From an uncultured Gemmatimonadaceae bacterium (lineage in GTDB: Bacteria > Gemmatimonadota > Gemmatimonadetes > Gemmatimonadales > Gemmatimonadaceae): a stretch of DNA of 64,000 nucleotides. Both the position numbers and the translations under genes were made by a program. The notes under the pieces are model-generated. The model made no database searches. It saw only the letters and a list, made by a program, of their open reading frames with translations, and had not been told where the DNA came from. Of the stretch, positions 20,260-31,913 are shown piece by piece (position 1 is the first letter of the stretch; every line of letters starts with the position of its first letter). The DNA lies in the NCBI GenBank assembly GCA_963716745.1, contig OY970320.1, forward strand, positions 2,336,001 through 2,400,000, read 5' to 3'.

Positions 20260-21143
20260 TATTTCTGCTTCTCGATGAGCTTCCGTGCCGCGGCGAGGTC
20301 TTTCTTCTGCTCGGGTCCGACCTCGGGGTATTCGAGCTTCAGCGAATCGAGCGCCTCGATCACTGCGCCCGCGACGACGAGCCGGGTGAACCATTTGTTG
20401 TCGGCCGGCACGACGTACCACGGGGCGTGCTTCGAGGATGTGTTCCGGATCATGTCCTCGTAGACTTCCATGTATTGATCCCAATAGCCGCGTTCGACGG
20501 CGTCGGCGCTGGAGAACTTCCAATTTCGCGCGGGTTCATCGAGGCGCCCCAGGAATCGCCGTTTCTGCTCGTCTCTCGAGACGTGGAGGAAGAATTTCCG
20601 GACGAGCACGCCATTGTGGTACAGGTACTGCTCGAAATTGTTGAGGTCTTCGAAGCGCTCTTTCCAGATGTCCTTCGTGACCCGGCTCTTCGGGAGCTTC
20701 TGTTTGGCGAGGAACTTCTCGTGCACGCGCACGGCGAGCACTTCTTCGTAGTACGACCGGTTGAAGATGCCGATGCGTCCGCGCTCGGGCAGATTCTTGG
20801 ACGTGCGCCAGAGGAAATCGTGGTCGAGCTCTTCGCTCGACGGCGATTTGAAGGAGAACACCTGGCAGCCCTGCGGATTGACGCCCGACATGACGTGCTT
20901 GATCGCGCCGTCCTTGCCCGCGGCGTCCATGGCCTGGAAGATGAGCAGTACCGCCCACCGGTCCTGCGCGTAGAGCTTGTCTTGCAGCGCAGCGAGCGTC
21001 TCGATGCCTTCGGCGAGCGCTTTCTTGTGCCCGGTCTTGTCGTCGAGCCGGCCCGTGCTGCCGGGGTCGATATCGGCGAGATGGAACTTGGCGCCGTCGT
21101 TGATGCGGAAGGGTTTGATGAACCGTTCGATATCGTACGCCAT
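20259..21143 (-). CDS. ppk2: Polyphosphate kinase 2 family protein
   Basis: LLIFQAMDAAGKDG, FKSPSSEELDHDFLWR, FNRSYYE, APWYVVPADNKW. Confidence 0.93.
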   Translation of the reverse strand: MAYDIERFIKPFRINDGAKFHLADIDPGSTGRLDDKTGHKKALAEGIETLAALQDKLYAQDRWAVLLIFQAMDAAGKDGAIKHVMSGVNPQGCQVFSFKSPSSEELDHDFLWRTSKNLPERGRIGIFNRSYYEEVLAVRVHEKFLAKQKLPKSRVTKDIWKERFEDLNNFEQYLYHNGVLVRKFFLHVSRDEQKRRFLGRLDEPARNWKFSSADAVERGYWDQYMEVYEDMIRNTSSKHAPWYVVPADNKWFTRLVVAGAVIEALDSLKLEYPEVGPEQKKDLAAARKLIEKQK

Positions 21144-21242
21144 CGCGAGCCCCCGTGAAGTTGTCTCATTATATGCCCTGGAGCGCCGGGCGGCGAATGG
21201 ACGGCGTTGCCGACGCTGGCCGCGCTTCATAGATTCCGAATA

Positions 21243-21326
21243 ACCGCCAGGGGTACTCCGGGACGACCGGAGTTGAGAGAGTCCCTTGGAACCTGATCCG
21301 GGTCGAGCCGGCGTAGGGAGCGCGGT
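21243..21326 (+). ncRNA. TPP riboswitch
   Basis: GGGG...TGAGA...CCCTTGGAACCTGATCCGGGT...CCGGCGTAGGGAG directly upstream of thiC. Confidence 0.9.
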
Positions 21327-21400
21327 GCAGTCGCCACAGTACTTGTGGCATCGCGCGCCCCATTCCGGCCGGAACTACCCGGATCGCTCCTCAGCACTGA

Positions 21401-23026
<1,626 letters not shown>

Positions 23027-23034
23027 ACCGCAAT

Positions 23035-23250
23035 TGCAACGACTTTATGGGGATAACTAACCGGATGCTAGCGGATCAAATGGATTGCTCCGTGTGGCGG
23101 GATGGATCGCACAGCCGCGACTGGCGTTGTGTTTTTGTTGTTAACAACAAGAACGCGGACTCGATCGCGCGCCTAGGAGCTTCCGGCGGGCAGGAGGCAA
23201 TCCATTTGATCCGCCAGCATCCGGTTAGTTATCCCATTAGAGTCGTTGCA
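23035..23250. repeat. Family E long hairpin element between thiC and thiS
   Basis: Arms 23035-23088 and 23197-23250 are near-perfect reverse complements with GGAT about every 9 nt; central GTTAAC hairpin. Confidence 0.85.
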
Positions 23251-23270
23251 CCTGCAGTTGGAGGTTTGCA

Positions 23271-23465
23271 ATGACCGTGAACGGTGAATCGCGCGAATAC
23301 AGAACAGGGTTGACCCTCTTCGCGCTGCTCGAGGATGTGAAGGTGGACGCGCGGGCGGCGGCGGTGATGGTGGGGGAGGAGGTCTATCGTCCTGGAAGGA
23401 TCCCCGACATCGCGCTCAAGGAGAGCGATGTCATTGAGATCGTCAGCATGATGCAGGGAGGTTGA
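23271..23465 (+). CDS. thiS: Sulfur carrier protein ThiS
   Basis: 64 aa, C-terminal GG, between thiC and thiG. Confidence 0.92.
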   Translation: MTVNGESREYRTGLTLFALLEDVKVDARAAAVMVGEEVYRPGRIPDIALKESDVIEIVSMMQGG

Positions 23466-23466
23466 G

Positions 23467-24265
23467 ATGCACGACCCACTCGTGATCGGCGGCAAGTCGT
23501 TCGGCTCGCGCCTGATGCTCGGCACGGGCAAGTATCGCGATCTTGCCGTGATGAAGGACGCCTTCGAATGCGGCCGCGGTCGAGATCGTTACCGTGAGCA
23601 TCCGCCGCGTGGAACTCGGCGCGCCGGGGCACACGGGATTGATGGATGTGCTCGCGAAGGGGAGCTATCAGCTGCTGCCGAACACCGCCGGCTGCAAGAC
23701 CGCCGAGGAAGCCGTGCGCGTCGCGCGGCTCGCGCGCGCGATGAGCGGCACCGAATGGCTCAAGCTGGAAGTGATCCCCGACGCGAAATATCTGCTGCCG
23801 GATCCGGTGGGTACTTTGCGCGCGGCCGAGATCCTGGTGGGGGAGGGATTCACCGTTCTTCCCTATATGAATGCCGATCCCGTGCTCGCGCGGCAGCTCG
23901 CGGCGGCGGGTTGCGCGACCGTGATGCCTCTGGCGTCACCGATCGGCAGCGGCCGCGGAGTGCTCACGCGGGCGGCGATCGAGATCATCATTGAGGAGAG
24001 TACTGTGCCCGTGGTGGTGGACGCGGGACTCGGCGTGCCCAGCGAGGCCGCGGCGGTGATGGAGCTCGGGGCGAATGCGGTGTTGGTGAATACTGCGATC
24101 GCGGAGGCGGAGTCGCCTGTTCAGATGGCGGCGGCGTTCAGGAAGGCGGTGGAGGCTGGGAGGATGGGGTATTTGGCTGGACGGATGCCGATTCGGGCGC
24201 ATGCTAGCCCGTCGAGTCCTGTGGCGGGGGTTGTTACGTTGCCTCAGCCGGAGGTTCCTGCCTAA
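23467..24265 (+). CDS. thiG: Thiazole synthase (frameshift near 23575)
   Basis: [41 protein letters not shown]. Confidence 0.94.
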
Positions 24266-24275
24266 CTGCGGTACG

Positions 24276-24479
24276 GCGGTCAACAGTAAACAGTCACGAG
24301 TGACTGCCAGTCTACAGTCAACAGTCAACAGGTCACAGAAAACGTCTCCACGAACAAACGGGCCTCCCGATCGCTATTCAGGATCGAGAGGCCCGTTCCT
24401 TCGTGATCTGACTTCTGTGAACTGTGAGCTGTTGACTGTCGACTGGCAGTCACTCGTGACTGTTTACTGTTGACTGCAG
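24276..24479. mobile_element. Gene-less copy of the family A element (MITE-like)
   Basis: Arms 24276-24341 and 24413-24479 match the arms flanking the four-helix-bundle gene; interior is about 70 nt. Confidence 0.7.
24357..24397. terminator. Hairpin between convergent thiG and hbd, inside the family A arms
   Basis: AACGGGCCTC...GAGGCCCGTT stem. Confidence 0.55.
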
Positions 24480-24487
24480 TGAGTAGT

Positions 24488-25375
24488 TCAGAGCCCGAGC
24501 TCGCTGGGTTTGGCAGGATCAGTTGAATAATCGTAAAACCCTTTCCCCGATTTCCTGCCGAACATCCCCGCCATCACCATCCGCTTGAGCAACGGCGGCG
24601 GAGCATAACGCTTCTCACGATACTCATCGAACATTATCTCCGCGATCTTGTACGTCGTATCGAGTCCTACGAAATCCAAGAGCGTGAATGGCCCCATAGG
24701 ATATCCCGTGCCGAGCATCATGCCTTTATCGATATCCGCAACGGATGCCACTCCGTGCTCGAGCATATTGATCGCGTCGATGAGATAGGGCACGAGCAAC
24801 AGATTCACCACGAAGCCCGAATTATCCTTCGCGGCGATCGGCTCCTTTCCAAGTGACTTCGCGAAGGCGAACGCGCGTTTGAACGTCTCGTCGCTCGTCG
24901 TGACCGTCTTCACGACTTCGACGAGCTTCATCACGGGAACGGGATTGAAGAAATGCAGCCCCACCATCCGGTCGGGGCGCGTGGTGGCTGCGGCCATCGC
25001 GGCGATGGTCAGGCTCGAGGTGTTCGACGCGAAGATCGTGTGCGCCGGACAGAGCGCGTCGAGCTCCTTCCACATCGCGTTCTTCACATCCACATCCTCG
25101 ACCACGGCCTCGATCACCACATCGCAACCCTTGAGATCCTTCACCGCGGTCGTGAAGGAGAGCCGCGCCATGGCTGCGTCGCGCGCCTCGGCGGTGAGTT
25201 TCCCCTTCTCGATCGCTTTGTTCATCTGCTTCTCGATGCCGGCCTTCGCGCGCGCGCAGAGCGCATCGCTCACTTCGCGCACTTTGGTGTCGAACCCGCT
25301 CTGCGCCGCGACTTGCGCGATGCCACTGCCCATGAGTCCGGCACCGAGGACACCGACGGTCTTGATCTCAGGCAT
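24488..25375 (-). CDS. hbd: 3-hydroxybutyryl-CoA dehydrogenase
   Basis: GAGLMGSGIA, ASNTSS, GLHFFNP, GFVVN, YPMGP, GLDT. Confidence 0.92.
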   Translation of the reverse strand: MPEIKTVGVLGAGLMGSGIAQVAAQSGFDTKVREVSDALCARAKAGIEKQMNKAIEKGKLTAEARDAAMARLSFTTAVKDLKGCDVVIEAVVEDVDVKNAMWKELDALCPAHTIFASNTSSLTIAAMAAATTRPDRMVGLHFFNPVPVMKLVEVVKTVTTSDETFKRAFAFAKSLGKEPIAAKDNSGFVVNLLLVPYLIDAINMLEHGVASVADIDKGMMLGTGYPMGPFTLLDFVGLDTTYKIAEIMFDEYREKRYAPPPLLKRMVMAGMFGRKSGKGFYDYSTDPAKPSELGL

Positions 25376-25431
25376 TCTCTATCTCAGAAAGTAGGTTGAG
25401 TAATCCGAACTGCGTGCCTGGAACCGCAACA

Positions 25432-25531
25432 GGCGGGGCTAGTACCGCAAGCTGCGTGTGTAGCGTTGGCGTTGGGAAGGCGCGCATCCTAACGCTATCG
25501 CTAACGCGCCGTTGGCGGTACCAACCCCGCC
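25432..25531. repeat. Family G hairpin element
   Basis: GGCGGGGCTAGTACCGC / GCGGTACCAACCCCGCC; second copy at 51560-51689. Confidence 0.75.
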
Positions 25532-25532
25532 G

Positions 25533-26345
25533 TTAGCGGTTCGTCCTTGCCGGTGTCACGATCTGCGCCAACAATGATTTTCTCGGCGTCTCATTCCGCT
25601 CGAGCCTATCCAGCGTCTGCTCAAGAGAGAGTTGCGCGCGAGTGAGGGTCCCGCGATGCACTCGTGCGGCCGCGATGCCCGCAATGCCAAGCACTACCAG
25701 CGGGACCGCCGCGATCACCGGCATTACGCCGAGCACGAACAGCACTGCGGTGCCGAGCGCACCGAGTACGGTGAGCGCCGTGCCTGCGGCGATGTTCCGC
25801 GACCGCGTGCCGCTCAGTGATGCCTCGATTGTGACCACCGTGCGCTGATCGTCCACCACCACGGCGGTCGCCGCGATCTCGTCGGTGCGCGCGAGATGAT
25901 AACCGCGGCCGCCCATATCCAACGCGCGCGTGAGGTTCGCGACGATGCCGGGCGCGCGCTCCCACAGCACGCGATTCCCATAGCGGCGCTTCACGCGCAA
26001 TCCTTCTTCCTGCTGCATCAGCGCGTCGAGCGCCGCCAATTGCGCGTCCGCATTTCCTCGCACGGTGCGCATCGCGTGAGCTGTCGCGGGGCCGAACAGA
26101 TGGTCCACCGCGCCGCGCGCGACGGGCGCCGCGAGTCGCGTGCGCTCCTCGGCGAGCGCCTGCCGCAGATGCACGGGGCCGAGTCCCACTTCTTTCGCGA
26201 TGTCGATCAGCTGCGCATCGGTGAGCTGCTGCTCGTCGCCCTCGCCTTCGGCCGACTGCAGCTCCGCCGCGCGCGCGAGCACGCGCTCGAGCGCGCCGCG
26301 GTCGAGCGGCTGGCGCTCGGGGAGATTCGTCGAGTCGTCGCTCAT
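25533..26345 (-). CDS. Hypothetical membrane protein
   Basis: LERVLARAAELQ..L.DIAKEVG N-terminal motif; two C-terminal TM helices. Confidence 0.7.
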   Translation of the reverse strand: MSDDSTNLPERQPLDRGALERVLARAAELQSAEGEGDEQQLTDAQLIDIAKEVGLGPVHLRQALAEERTRLAAPVARGAVDHLFGPATAHAMRTVRGNADAQLAALDALMQQEEGLRVKRRYGNRVLWERAPGIVANLTRALDMGGRGYHLARTDEIAATAVVVDDQRTVVTIEASLSGTRSRNIAAGTALTVLGALGTAVLFVLGVMPVIAAVPLVVLGIAGIAAARVHRGTLTRAQLSLEQTLDRLERNETPRKSLLAQIVTPARTNR

Positions 26346-26350
26346 CGCCC

Positions 26351-27475
26351 TCAGATGCCGCCCGTGATGGCGTCCACCGAATGCCGGATCTGCTCGAGGA
26401 TCGGTTCCGGCAGCGGGAATTGCGTGCGGAACGCGAGCGCTTCCTGGCCCGGCGTGAATGTCGCGCCGATCGCCGTGAGATAGTACGCCTCATACGCCGG
26501 AACGCTCTCCGGCGCGAGCTTCTCCATGACGATCTCGCCGCCGCGCACGTTCGCGATGTTGAGATACTGCCCGGCGAGCCCCGACCGCTTCTGGATGGGC
26601 GTGGTGTTGTCGTCCACCGCGGTGGCCGCGATGTTGCTCACCGCCTCATGCGCGATCACGAAGATCGCTTCCATCGCGGTCGCGCGATCGGCCGGATAAT
26701 TCACGGCGATCACGTTCTCGCGCTTGCCGCCGAGGATCGTGCGTCCTTCGGCGCCCAGCGGGAGCGAGAGGTAGATATCGCCGCGCGCCTGGTCCGTTCC
26801 TTCCTGGAAGCTTCGCATGCGCCGCAGATAGACCTTCACCCACTGCGAGTCGACCGCCGCGAGCACCGGGCGCCGCTGGAGTTCGATGGCCTTCCAATAC
26901 TTCTCGTAGAACTTGTTGCTCTCGTCGGCGAGCGACTTCATGTAGACGGCGAGGAACCGGCGGTCGCCGGGTCCCGGGAACGACTGCGCCCATGCGAAGA
27001 TGCGCTCCGCTGTGGCGCGATCCTTCGCTTTGCGAGGGTCGCCCGCCGCCGTGAGGAAGAGCTGCACCTCATCGTTCAGCTGATTCCAGTCGTGCATCTG
27101 GAGCACGAGGAATTGCGCGCCCGTCACCTGCGGATGCGCCTTCACGAACTTGGAGAGCGTATCGAGGTTCGTGTCGAGCAGCGTGGTGATCTGAAGCTTG
27201 TTCTTCTCCACGATCATCTCGTCGCGATAACCGCGGCGGAAGAGCGGCACGCGCGAGCTGTCATCGGTGATCAACGCGAAGCCGTGCAGCCAGAGATCGA
27301 TCACGTAGCGCGTGTGTACCGGCCACGGGTCATTCGACTGCGAATGCACCTCGGCGCCCGGCTCGCGTGGGGCGACGGGAGGAGGCGGCGGTGCGGCAGC
27401 GGGCTGGCTGCCTGCGCACGCACCGAGCAATGTCATCGCCGCGAGCGCGGCGATGACGGTGGAACGAGAGTTCAC
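26351..27475 (-). CDS. Hypothetical lipoprotein
   Basis: GTG overlapping thiolase stop; lipobox LLGAC followed by Pro-rich linker. Confidence 0.7.
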   Translation of the reverse strand: MNSRSTVIAALAAMTLLGACAGSQPAAAPPPPPVAPREPGAEVHSQSNDPWPVHTRYVIDLWLHGFALITDDSSRVPLFRRGYRDEMIVEKNKLQITTLLDTNLDTLSKFVKAHPQVTGAQFLVLQMHDWNQLNDEVQLFLTAAGDPRKAKDRATAERIFAWAQSFPGPGDRRFLAVYMKSLADESNKFYEKYWKAIELQRRPVLAAVDSQWVKVYLRRMRSFQEGTDQARGDIYLSLPLGAEGRTILGGKRENVIAVNYPADRATAMEAIFVIAHEAVSNIAATAVDDNTTPIQKRSGLAGQYLNIANVRGGEIVMEKLAPESVPAYEAYYLTAIGATFTPGQEALAFRTQFPLPEPILEQIRHSVDAITGGI

Positions 27476-28668
27476 GCGAGCGCCTCGATGATGACCGCGA
27501 TCCCCTGGCCGCCGCCGATGCAGGCGGAGCCGAGTCCGTAGCGCTTGCCGCTCTTGCGCAGGGCGTGGATCAGGTGCGCCGTGATGCGCGCGCCGCTCGC
27601 GGCGAGCGGATGGCTGAGCGCGATCGCGCCGCCGTGGATGTTGAACTTCTCGCGCGGGATCTTGAGTTCCATCTCGACCGCGCACACTTGTCCGGCGAAC
27701 GCTTCGTTCACCTCGATGAGGTCCATCTGATCGAGCGTCATCCCGGCCCGCTCGAGCGCGATCTTGGATGCGGGCACCGGGCCGATGCCCATGATCGTGG
27801 GATCCACGCCGGCGACGCCCCAGGACACGAGGCGCGCGAGTGGCTTGAGCCCCTTCTTCTTCGCCCACTGGTCGCCGGCGATCACGAGTGCGCCGGCGCC
27901 GTCGCCAATGCCGCTCGCGTTGCCGGCGGTGACCACGCCGTCCGCTTTGAACACCGGCTTGAGCTTCGCCAACCCCTCGGCGGTGGTGTCCGGCCGCATG
28001 TGCTCATCGCGGCGGAACTCTTCCACCAATTTCGTCTTGGGATTCTTGACCGGGATGCCGATGATCTCGTCGTCGAACATGCCGGCCGCCCATGCTTCCT
28101 TGGCCTTCACTTGGGAACGCAGTGCGTACTCGTCCACGGCGGCGCGGCTGATCGAATATTGCGCCGCGAGCTTCTCCGCGGTCTCGGCCATCGCGAGTCC
28201 GGCCACGGGATCACGGAGCCCTTCCCATAGGGAATCCTCGAGCACGGGGCTCTTGCCGAGCTGCACGCCCCAGCGCAGGCCGCGCGCGATGTGCGGCGCC
28301 AGCGACATGCTCTCGCCGCCGCCCACGAGGCAGACGTCGGCTTGGCCGAGCAGGATCTCCATGGCGCCGCTGACGACGGCTTGGAAGCCCGAGCCGCAGA
28401 GCCGGTTCACCGTGAGCCCCGGCACTTCCTTCGGCACGCCGGCCTTGAGCGACACATGGCGCGCGAAGTAGATCGTGTCCGAGGTGGTCTGCATGACGTT
28501 GCCGAAGACGGCGTGGCCGATCTCCGCCGGCTCGACTTTGGCGCGCACGATCGCCTCGCGCGCGGCGAAGACGGTGAGGTCGATGGCACTGATGTCCTTC
28601 AGCGTGCCGCCGAAGGTGCCGAACGGCGTGCGCAGCGCGCTCAGGAAGACGATTTCCTTGTTCATCAC
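27472..28668 (-). CDS. Acetyl-CoA C-acyltransferase (thiolase)
   Basis: NRLCGSG, NEAFA, GGAIALSHP, CIGGGQG. Confidence 0.95.
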   Translation of the reverse strand: MMNKEIVFLSALRTPFGTFGGTLKDISAIDLTVFAAREAIVRAKVEPAEIGHAVFGNVMQTTSDTIYFARHVSLKAGVPKEVPGLTVNRLCGSGFQAVVSGAMEILLGQADVCLVGGGESMSLAPHIARGLRWGVQLGKSPVLEDSLWEGLRDPVAGLAMAETAEKLAAQYSISRAAVDEYALRSQVKAKEAWAAGMFDDEIIGIPVKNPKTKLVEEFRRDEHMRPDTTAEGLAKLKPVFKADGVVTAGNASGIGDGAGALVIAGDQWAKKKGLKPLARLVSWGVAGVDPTIMGIGPVPASKIALERAGMTLDQMDLIEVNEAFAGQVCAVEMELKIPREKFNIHGGAIALSHPLAASGARITAHLIHALRKSGKRYGLGSACIGGGQGIAVIIEALA

Positions 28669-28758
28669 GCCCGGGGAGTTTGGGGGACCCTAAAGATGCC
28701 CGGGTGGAGCGTGGATGGTAGTCGTGGGGGTCCCGTGCAGCCTCGGGTTCCGCGCGCG

Positions 28759-28997
28759 GGAACACAAGTATCACGGTTCATGTTTAACGGGATGAGCCGG
28801 ATGTGGACGGATGCGCAGGATCGCTCCATGCGCCGACACGCGCTCTCAGACGCGCATCCGTCTTGTCGTTGTAGTTAACCACAAATACAGCGGCGTGATT
28901 CGGCGCACGGAGCGCATCCTCGCGCATGGAGCAATCCGCCGCATCCGTGCCATCTCCGCTGCATCCCGTCAAATATGAACCGTGATACTTGTGTTCC
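28759..28997. repeat. Family E long hairpin element, second copy
   Basis: Outer 23 bp perfect IR (GGAACACAAGTATCACGGTTCAT), then GGAT 9-mers ending GGATCGCTCC; central GTTAAC. Confidence 0.85.
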
Positions 28998-29021
28998 AGG
29001 GCAGCGTGAACCACGAGGCGC

Positions 29022-30023
29022 CTAGGGCTTTCCCCCTGGCAACCACGTTGGCAGCGGGCCGTTCGCGAGCATCCAGACGGCCTGGGCGGCGGCGCGGATC
29101 ACGGCGGTCATGTGCGGGATGTCCACGCGCGAGATATCGTCGCTCGGCTCGTGATAGTCGGCGTGCAGGCCGAAGGAGGAGAGCGTCTGCGCCGGAATGC
29201 CGCGGTGCGCGAAGGCGATGTTGTCGCTGCGCTGGAAGAATTGCTCGGTGGGATGCGGGTCGGCGACGATGGGGAGCCCCGCGGCCTTGAACATGGGGCC
29301 CATGGTGGTGCGCTCCCAGCCGGTGAGCCACGCGTGGCCTTCGCCGATGAGCGTGTCGGGGCGCCCGATCATCTCGATCTCGAGATTCGCCTTCACGCTG
29401 TCGAGCGGCACGGGAAAATGGTCGATCAGCCACCGAGTGCCGAAGAGTCCTTCCTCCTCGCCGGTGGTGGTGACGAAGAGAATGCTGCGCTTGGGCGCCG
29501 GGCCGGCCGCGAGCACACGCGCCACCGACAGTACCGTGACGACGCCCGACGCGTCGTCATCCGCGCCGTTGTAGATCGAATCGCCATTCACGGCCGTGCC
29601 GATGCCGAGATGATCGAAATGCGCGTCGACGAGGATGTACTCGTTGCGCAGCGCCGGATCGCTGCCGCGGATCATGCCGACGACATTCACGTCCATCGTC
29701 TTGCGCGAGCCTGGGGCGCCAGCGGCCGCGGCCGAGTACGGTGCCAGTCCGTTCGCGGTGATGACAAGCGGCACGCGCTGGAAATATCCGCTGTCGCCCA
29801 GCTGCATGAGGTGTGCGGCGTACATCTGCGCCGCGATGTACTGCGTCGCGCGCGCCGCGCCGCGACTCGCGGTCATGCGACCTTCCATCGAGTCATCCGA
29901 CAGGATGGACAGCATCGCGCGCACGGAGGAATCCGTGATGGACGAGACGTTGGGCGTCTGCGCGGCAGCTGTCGCGACTGCACTCAGTACCGCGAGGACC
30001 AGGATCTTCGCGCGCGAGATCAT
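29022..30023 (-). CDS. M28 family metallopeptidase, secreted
   Basis: Signal peptide; AHFDHLG, NGADDDASG, GEEEGL, RSDN, DYH. Confidence 0.92.
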   Translation of the reverse strand: MISRAKILVLAVLSAVATAAAQTPNVSSITDSSVRAMLSILSDDSMEGRMTASRGAARATQYIAAQMYAAHLMQLGDSGYFQRVPLVITANGLAPYSAAAAGAPGSRKTMDVNVVGMIRGSDPALRNEYILVDAHFDHLGIGTAVNGDSIYNGADDDASGVVTVLSVARVLAAGPAPKRSILFVTTTGEEEGLFGTRWLIDHFPVPLDSVKANLEIEMIGRPDTLIGEGHAWLTGWERTTMGPMFKAAGLPIVADPHPTEQFFQRSDNIAFAHRGIPAQTLSSFGLHADYHEPSDDISRVDIPHMTAVIRAAAQAVWMLANGPLPTWLPGGKP

Positions 30024-30044
30024 GAAACGTCTCCCAAGAAGAAG

Positions 30045-30107
30045 ATCATGCTGAATCATGTAAATCCTGTCAAATGCTTTTGACAGGATTAACATGATTT
30101 CCATGAT
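30045..30107. repeat. Family D 9-mer hairpin
   Basis: ATCATGCTGAATCATGTAAATCCTGTCAAA / TTTGACAGGATTAACATGATTTCCATGAT; same unit at 19757-19790. Confidence 0.8.
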
Positions 30108-30113
30108 GAACAG

Positions 30114-31166
30114 CTAGATCTTGCTGGCGATCCAGTCTCCGACTGCCTTGGTGCCCATCGTGCCGCCGACATCGGACGTGCCGATGCCTTCCTGAATGGC
30201 GCGTGCGACTGTCGTCTCCACCGCGCGCGCGGCGTCAGTGGCGCCGAGGGTCTCGAGGAGCATCGCGAGTGTCAGGATCGCGGCCATCGGGTTCGCGACG
30301 TCCTTGCCGGCCATGGGCGGCGCGCTGCCGTGCACGGGCTCGAACATCACCATGCGGCCGGGGTTCCGGTTCGCGCTGGGCGCCATCCCGAGTCCGCCAG
30401 CGATCATCGAAGCGATATCCGAGAGGATGTCGCCGAAGAGATTGCCCGTCACGATCACCTGGAACTGCTCAGGGGCGCGCACAAGGTCCATCGCCATCGC
30501 GTCCACGTAACGCGTCTCGCGGGTGATGCCGGAGTATTCCTTCCCGACCTCCTCGAACACGCGGCGCCAGAGCGAATGTGCTTCGATCGCGTTCGCCTTG
30601 TCGGCCATGGCGACTCTCGTTTTCCCGTGCTCCTTGGCCCACGCGAACGCGTAGCGGATGATGCGCTCCACGCCCTTGCGCGTGTTCAACTCCTCGGCGA
30701 TCGCGATCTCGTCGGGCGTGCCCTTCTTGAAGATGCCGCCCACCGACACGTACAGCCCCTCGGTGTTCTCGCGGAAGATCACGAGGTCGATGTCTCTCGG
30801 CGTCTTCCCCTTGAGCGGCGTGAGGCGCTCGTGCAGCAATCGCGCGGGGCGCTCGTTCACGTAGAGATCGAGCTGGAAGCGCATGCCGAGCAGGATGTCG
30901 CGCGCGTGCTCATTGCCGGGAACGCGCGGATCGCCGAGCGCGCCGACGATGATGGCATCGAAATCGCGCCCGAGCCGCTGCATCTCGGCGGGAGCGATCG
31001 TGACGCCAGTGGAGAGATAGTGATCGGCGCCGTACGGCAACTGCTCGATCGTGAGGCCGGGTCTGAACTTCTTCTCGACCGCGGCCAGCACTCTGAGCGC
31101 TTCGCGCGTGACTTCGGGTCCGATGCCGTCGCCGGCGATCACGGCGACGCGGCGCTGTGCGGTCAC
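30114..31166 (-). CDS. Isopropylmalate/tartrate dehydrogenase family enzyme (LeuB-like)
   Basis: [39 protein letters not shown]. Confidence 0.9.
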   Translation of the reverse strand: MTAQRRVAVIAGDGIGPEVTREALRVLAAVEKKFRPGLTIEQLPYGADHYLSTGVTIAPAEMQRLGRDFDAIIVGALGDPRVPGNEHARDILLGMRFQLDLYVNERPARLLHERLTPLKGKTPRDIDLVIFRENTEGLYVSVGGIFKKGTPDEIAIAEELNTRKGVERIIRYAFAWAKEHGKTRVAMADKANAIEAHSLWRRVFEEVGKEYSGITRETRYVDAMAMDLVRAPEQFQVIVTGNLFGDILSDIASMIAGGLGMAPSANRNPGRMVMFEPVHGSAPPMAGKDVANPMAAILTLAMLLETLGATDAARAVETTVARAIQEGIGTSDVGGTMGTKAVGDWIASKI

Positions 31167-31888
31167 GGGGCGGCGCCGGCGCTGCGCCCGCAGGTGACGC
31201 AGAATTTCCAATTCACTTCCAGCTCCGAGCCGCACGCGGGGCAGCGCTGGATCGCGAGGTTCTGCCCGCAGTTCGGGCAGAAGACGACGCGGCGGCCGGC
31301 GGGCAGCGCGCCGCCGCAGAAGCGGCAGTCGCCGGCGGGCGGACTCGCCGTGGGCGTGCTGGAGCGTGGGACGGGTGGTGATGGCATGGGGGCTCGCATG
31401 GGGCCCGACGAGCGTGCGCCGGGCGGAGGAGGAGGGACGTTGGGAGAACTTGCGCGCGGAGGTTGCGGCGGAGCGGGTGGCGCCGCCCTTGGTGTCGAAG
31501 CCACGCTGCTCGCGCGCGGCTGCGGATTCATGTCCATCGGGCCACCCTGCGCATCGGCCCGGCGGATGGCGTCGGCCACGAGCACCACGCGCGACGCGGC
31601 GAACTCACGGTAGATAGCGGTGTTCGGATTGTTGGACGCGAGCTCCGCGCGGATCGTCTCGCGCATCACGTCGTCGCCCATCATGAGCTGGCGCTCGCCG
31701 GCGAGCATCTGGCAGAGCGCGATCTCGTAGTCCTCATTCGTGTCGATCTCGAGCTCCTTCCGGTTGTGCCGGTACGGCACGAGACTCTGGAAGAGCTCGC
31801 TGACCTCGAACGGCTGGGAGAGATACCCCGGATAGCCGTTACGAATGTTCTGCACGAGCCGTCGAAACATGCGGTCCAGATCGTCCAT
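31163..31888 (-). CDS. Double zinc-ribbon domain protein
   Basis: Pro-rich linker then CRFC, CPNC, CPAC, CVTC. Confidence 0.8.
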   Translation of the reverse strand: MDDLDRMFRRLVQNIRNGYPGYLSQPFEVSELFQSLVPYRHNRKELEIDTNEDYEIALCQMLAGERQLMMGDDVMRETIRAELASNNPNTAIYREFAASRVVLVADAIRRADAQGGPMDMNPQPRASSVASTPRAAPPAPPQPPRASSPNVPPPPPGARSSGPMRAPMPSPPVPRSSTPTASPPAGDCRFCGGALPAGRRVVFCPNCGQNLAIQRCPACGSELEVNWKFCVTCGRSAGAAP

Positions 31889-31913
31889 GTGCCGCTCGCG
31901 CGAGAGGGGTCCG

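Noticed and set aside
24259..24491. Integron attC sites (AAC...GTT ends overlapping stops)
   Set aside because: Most ends do not fit RYYYAAC/GTTRRRY, flanking genes are housekeeping and often convergent, and no integrase is visible.
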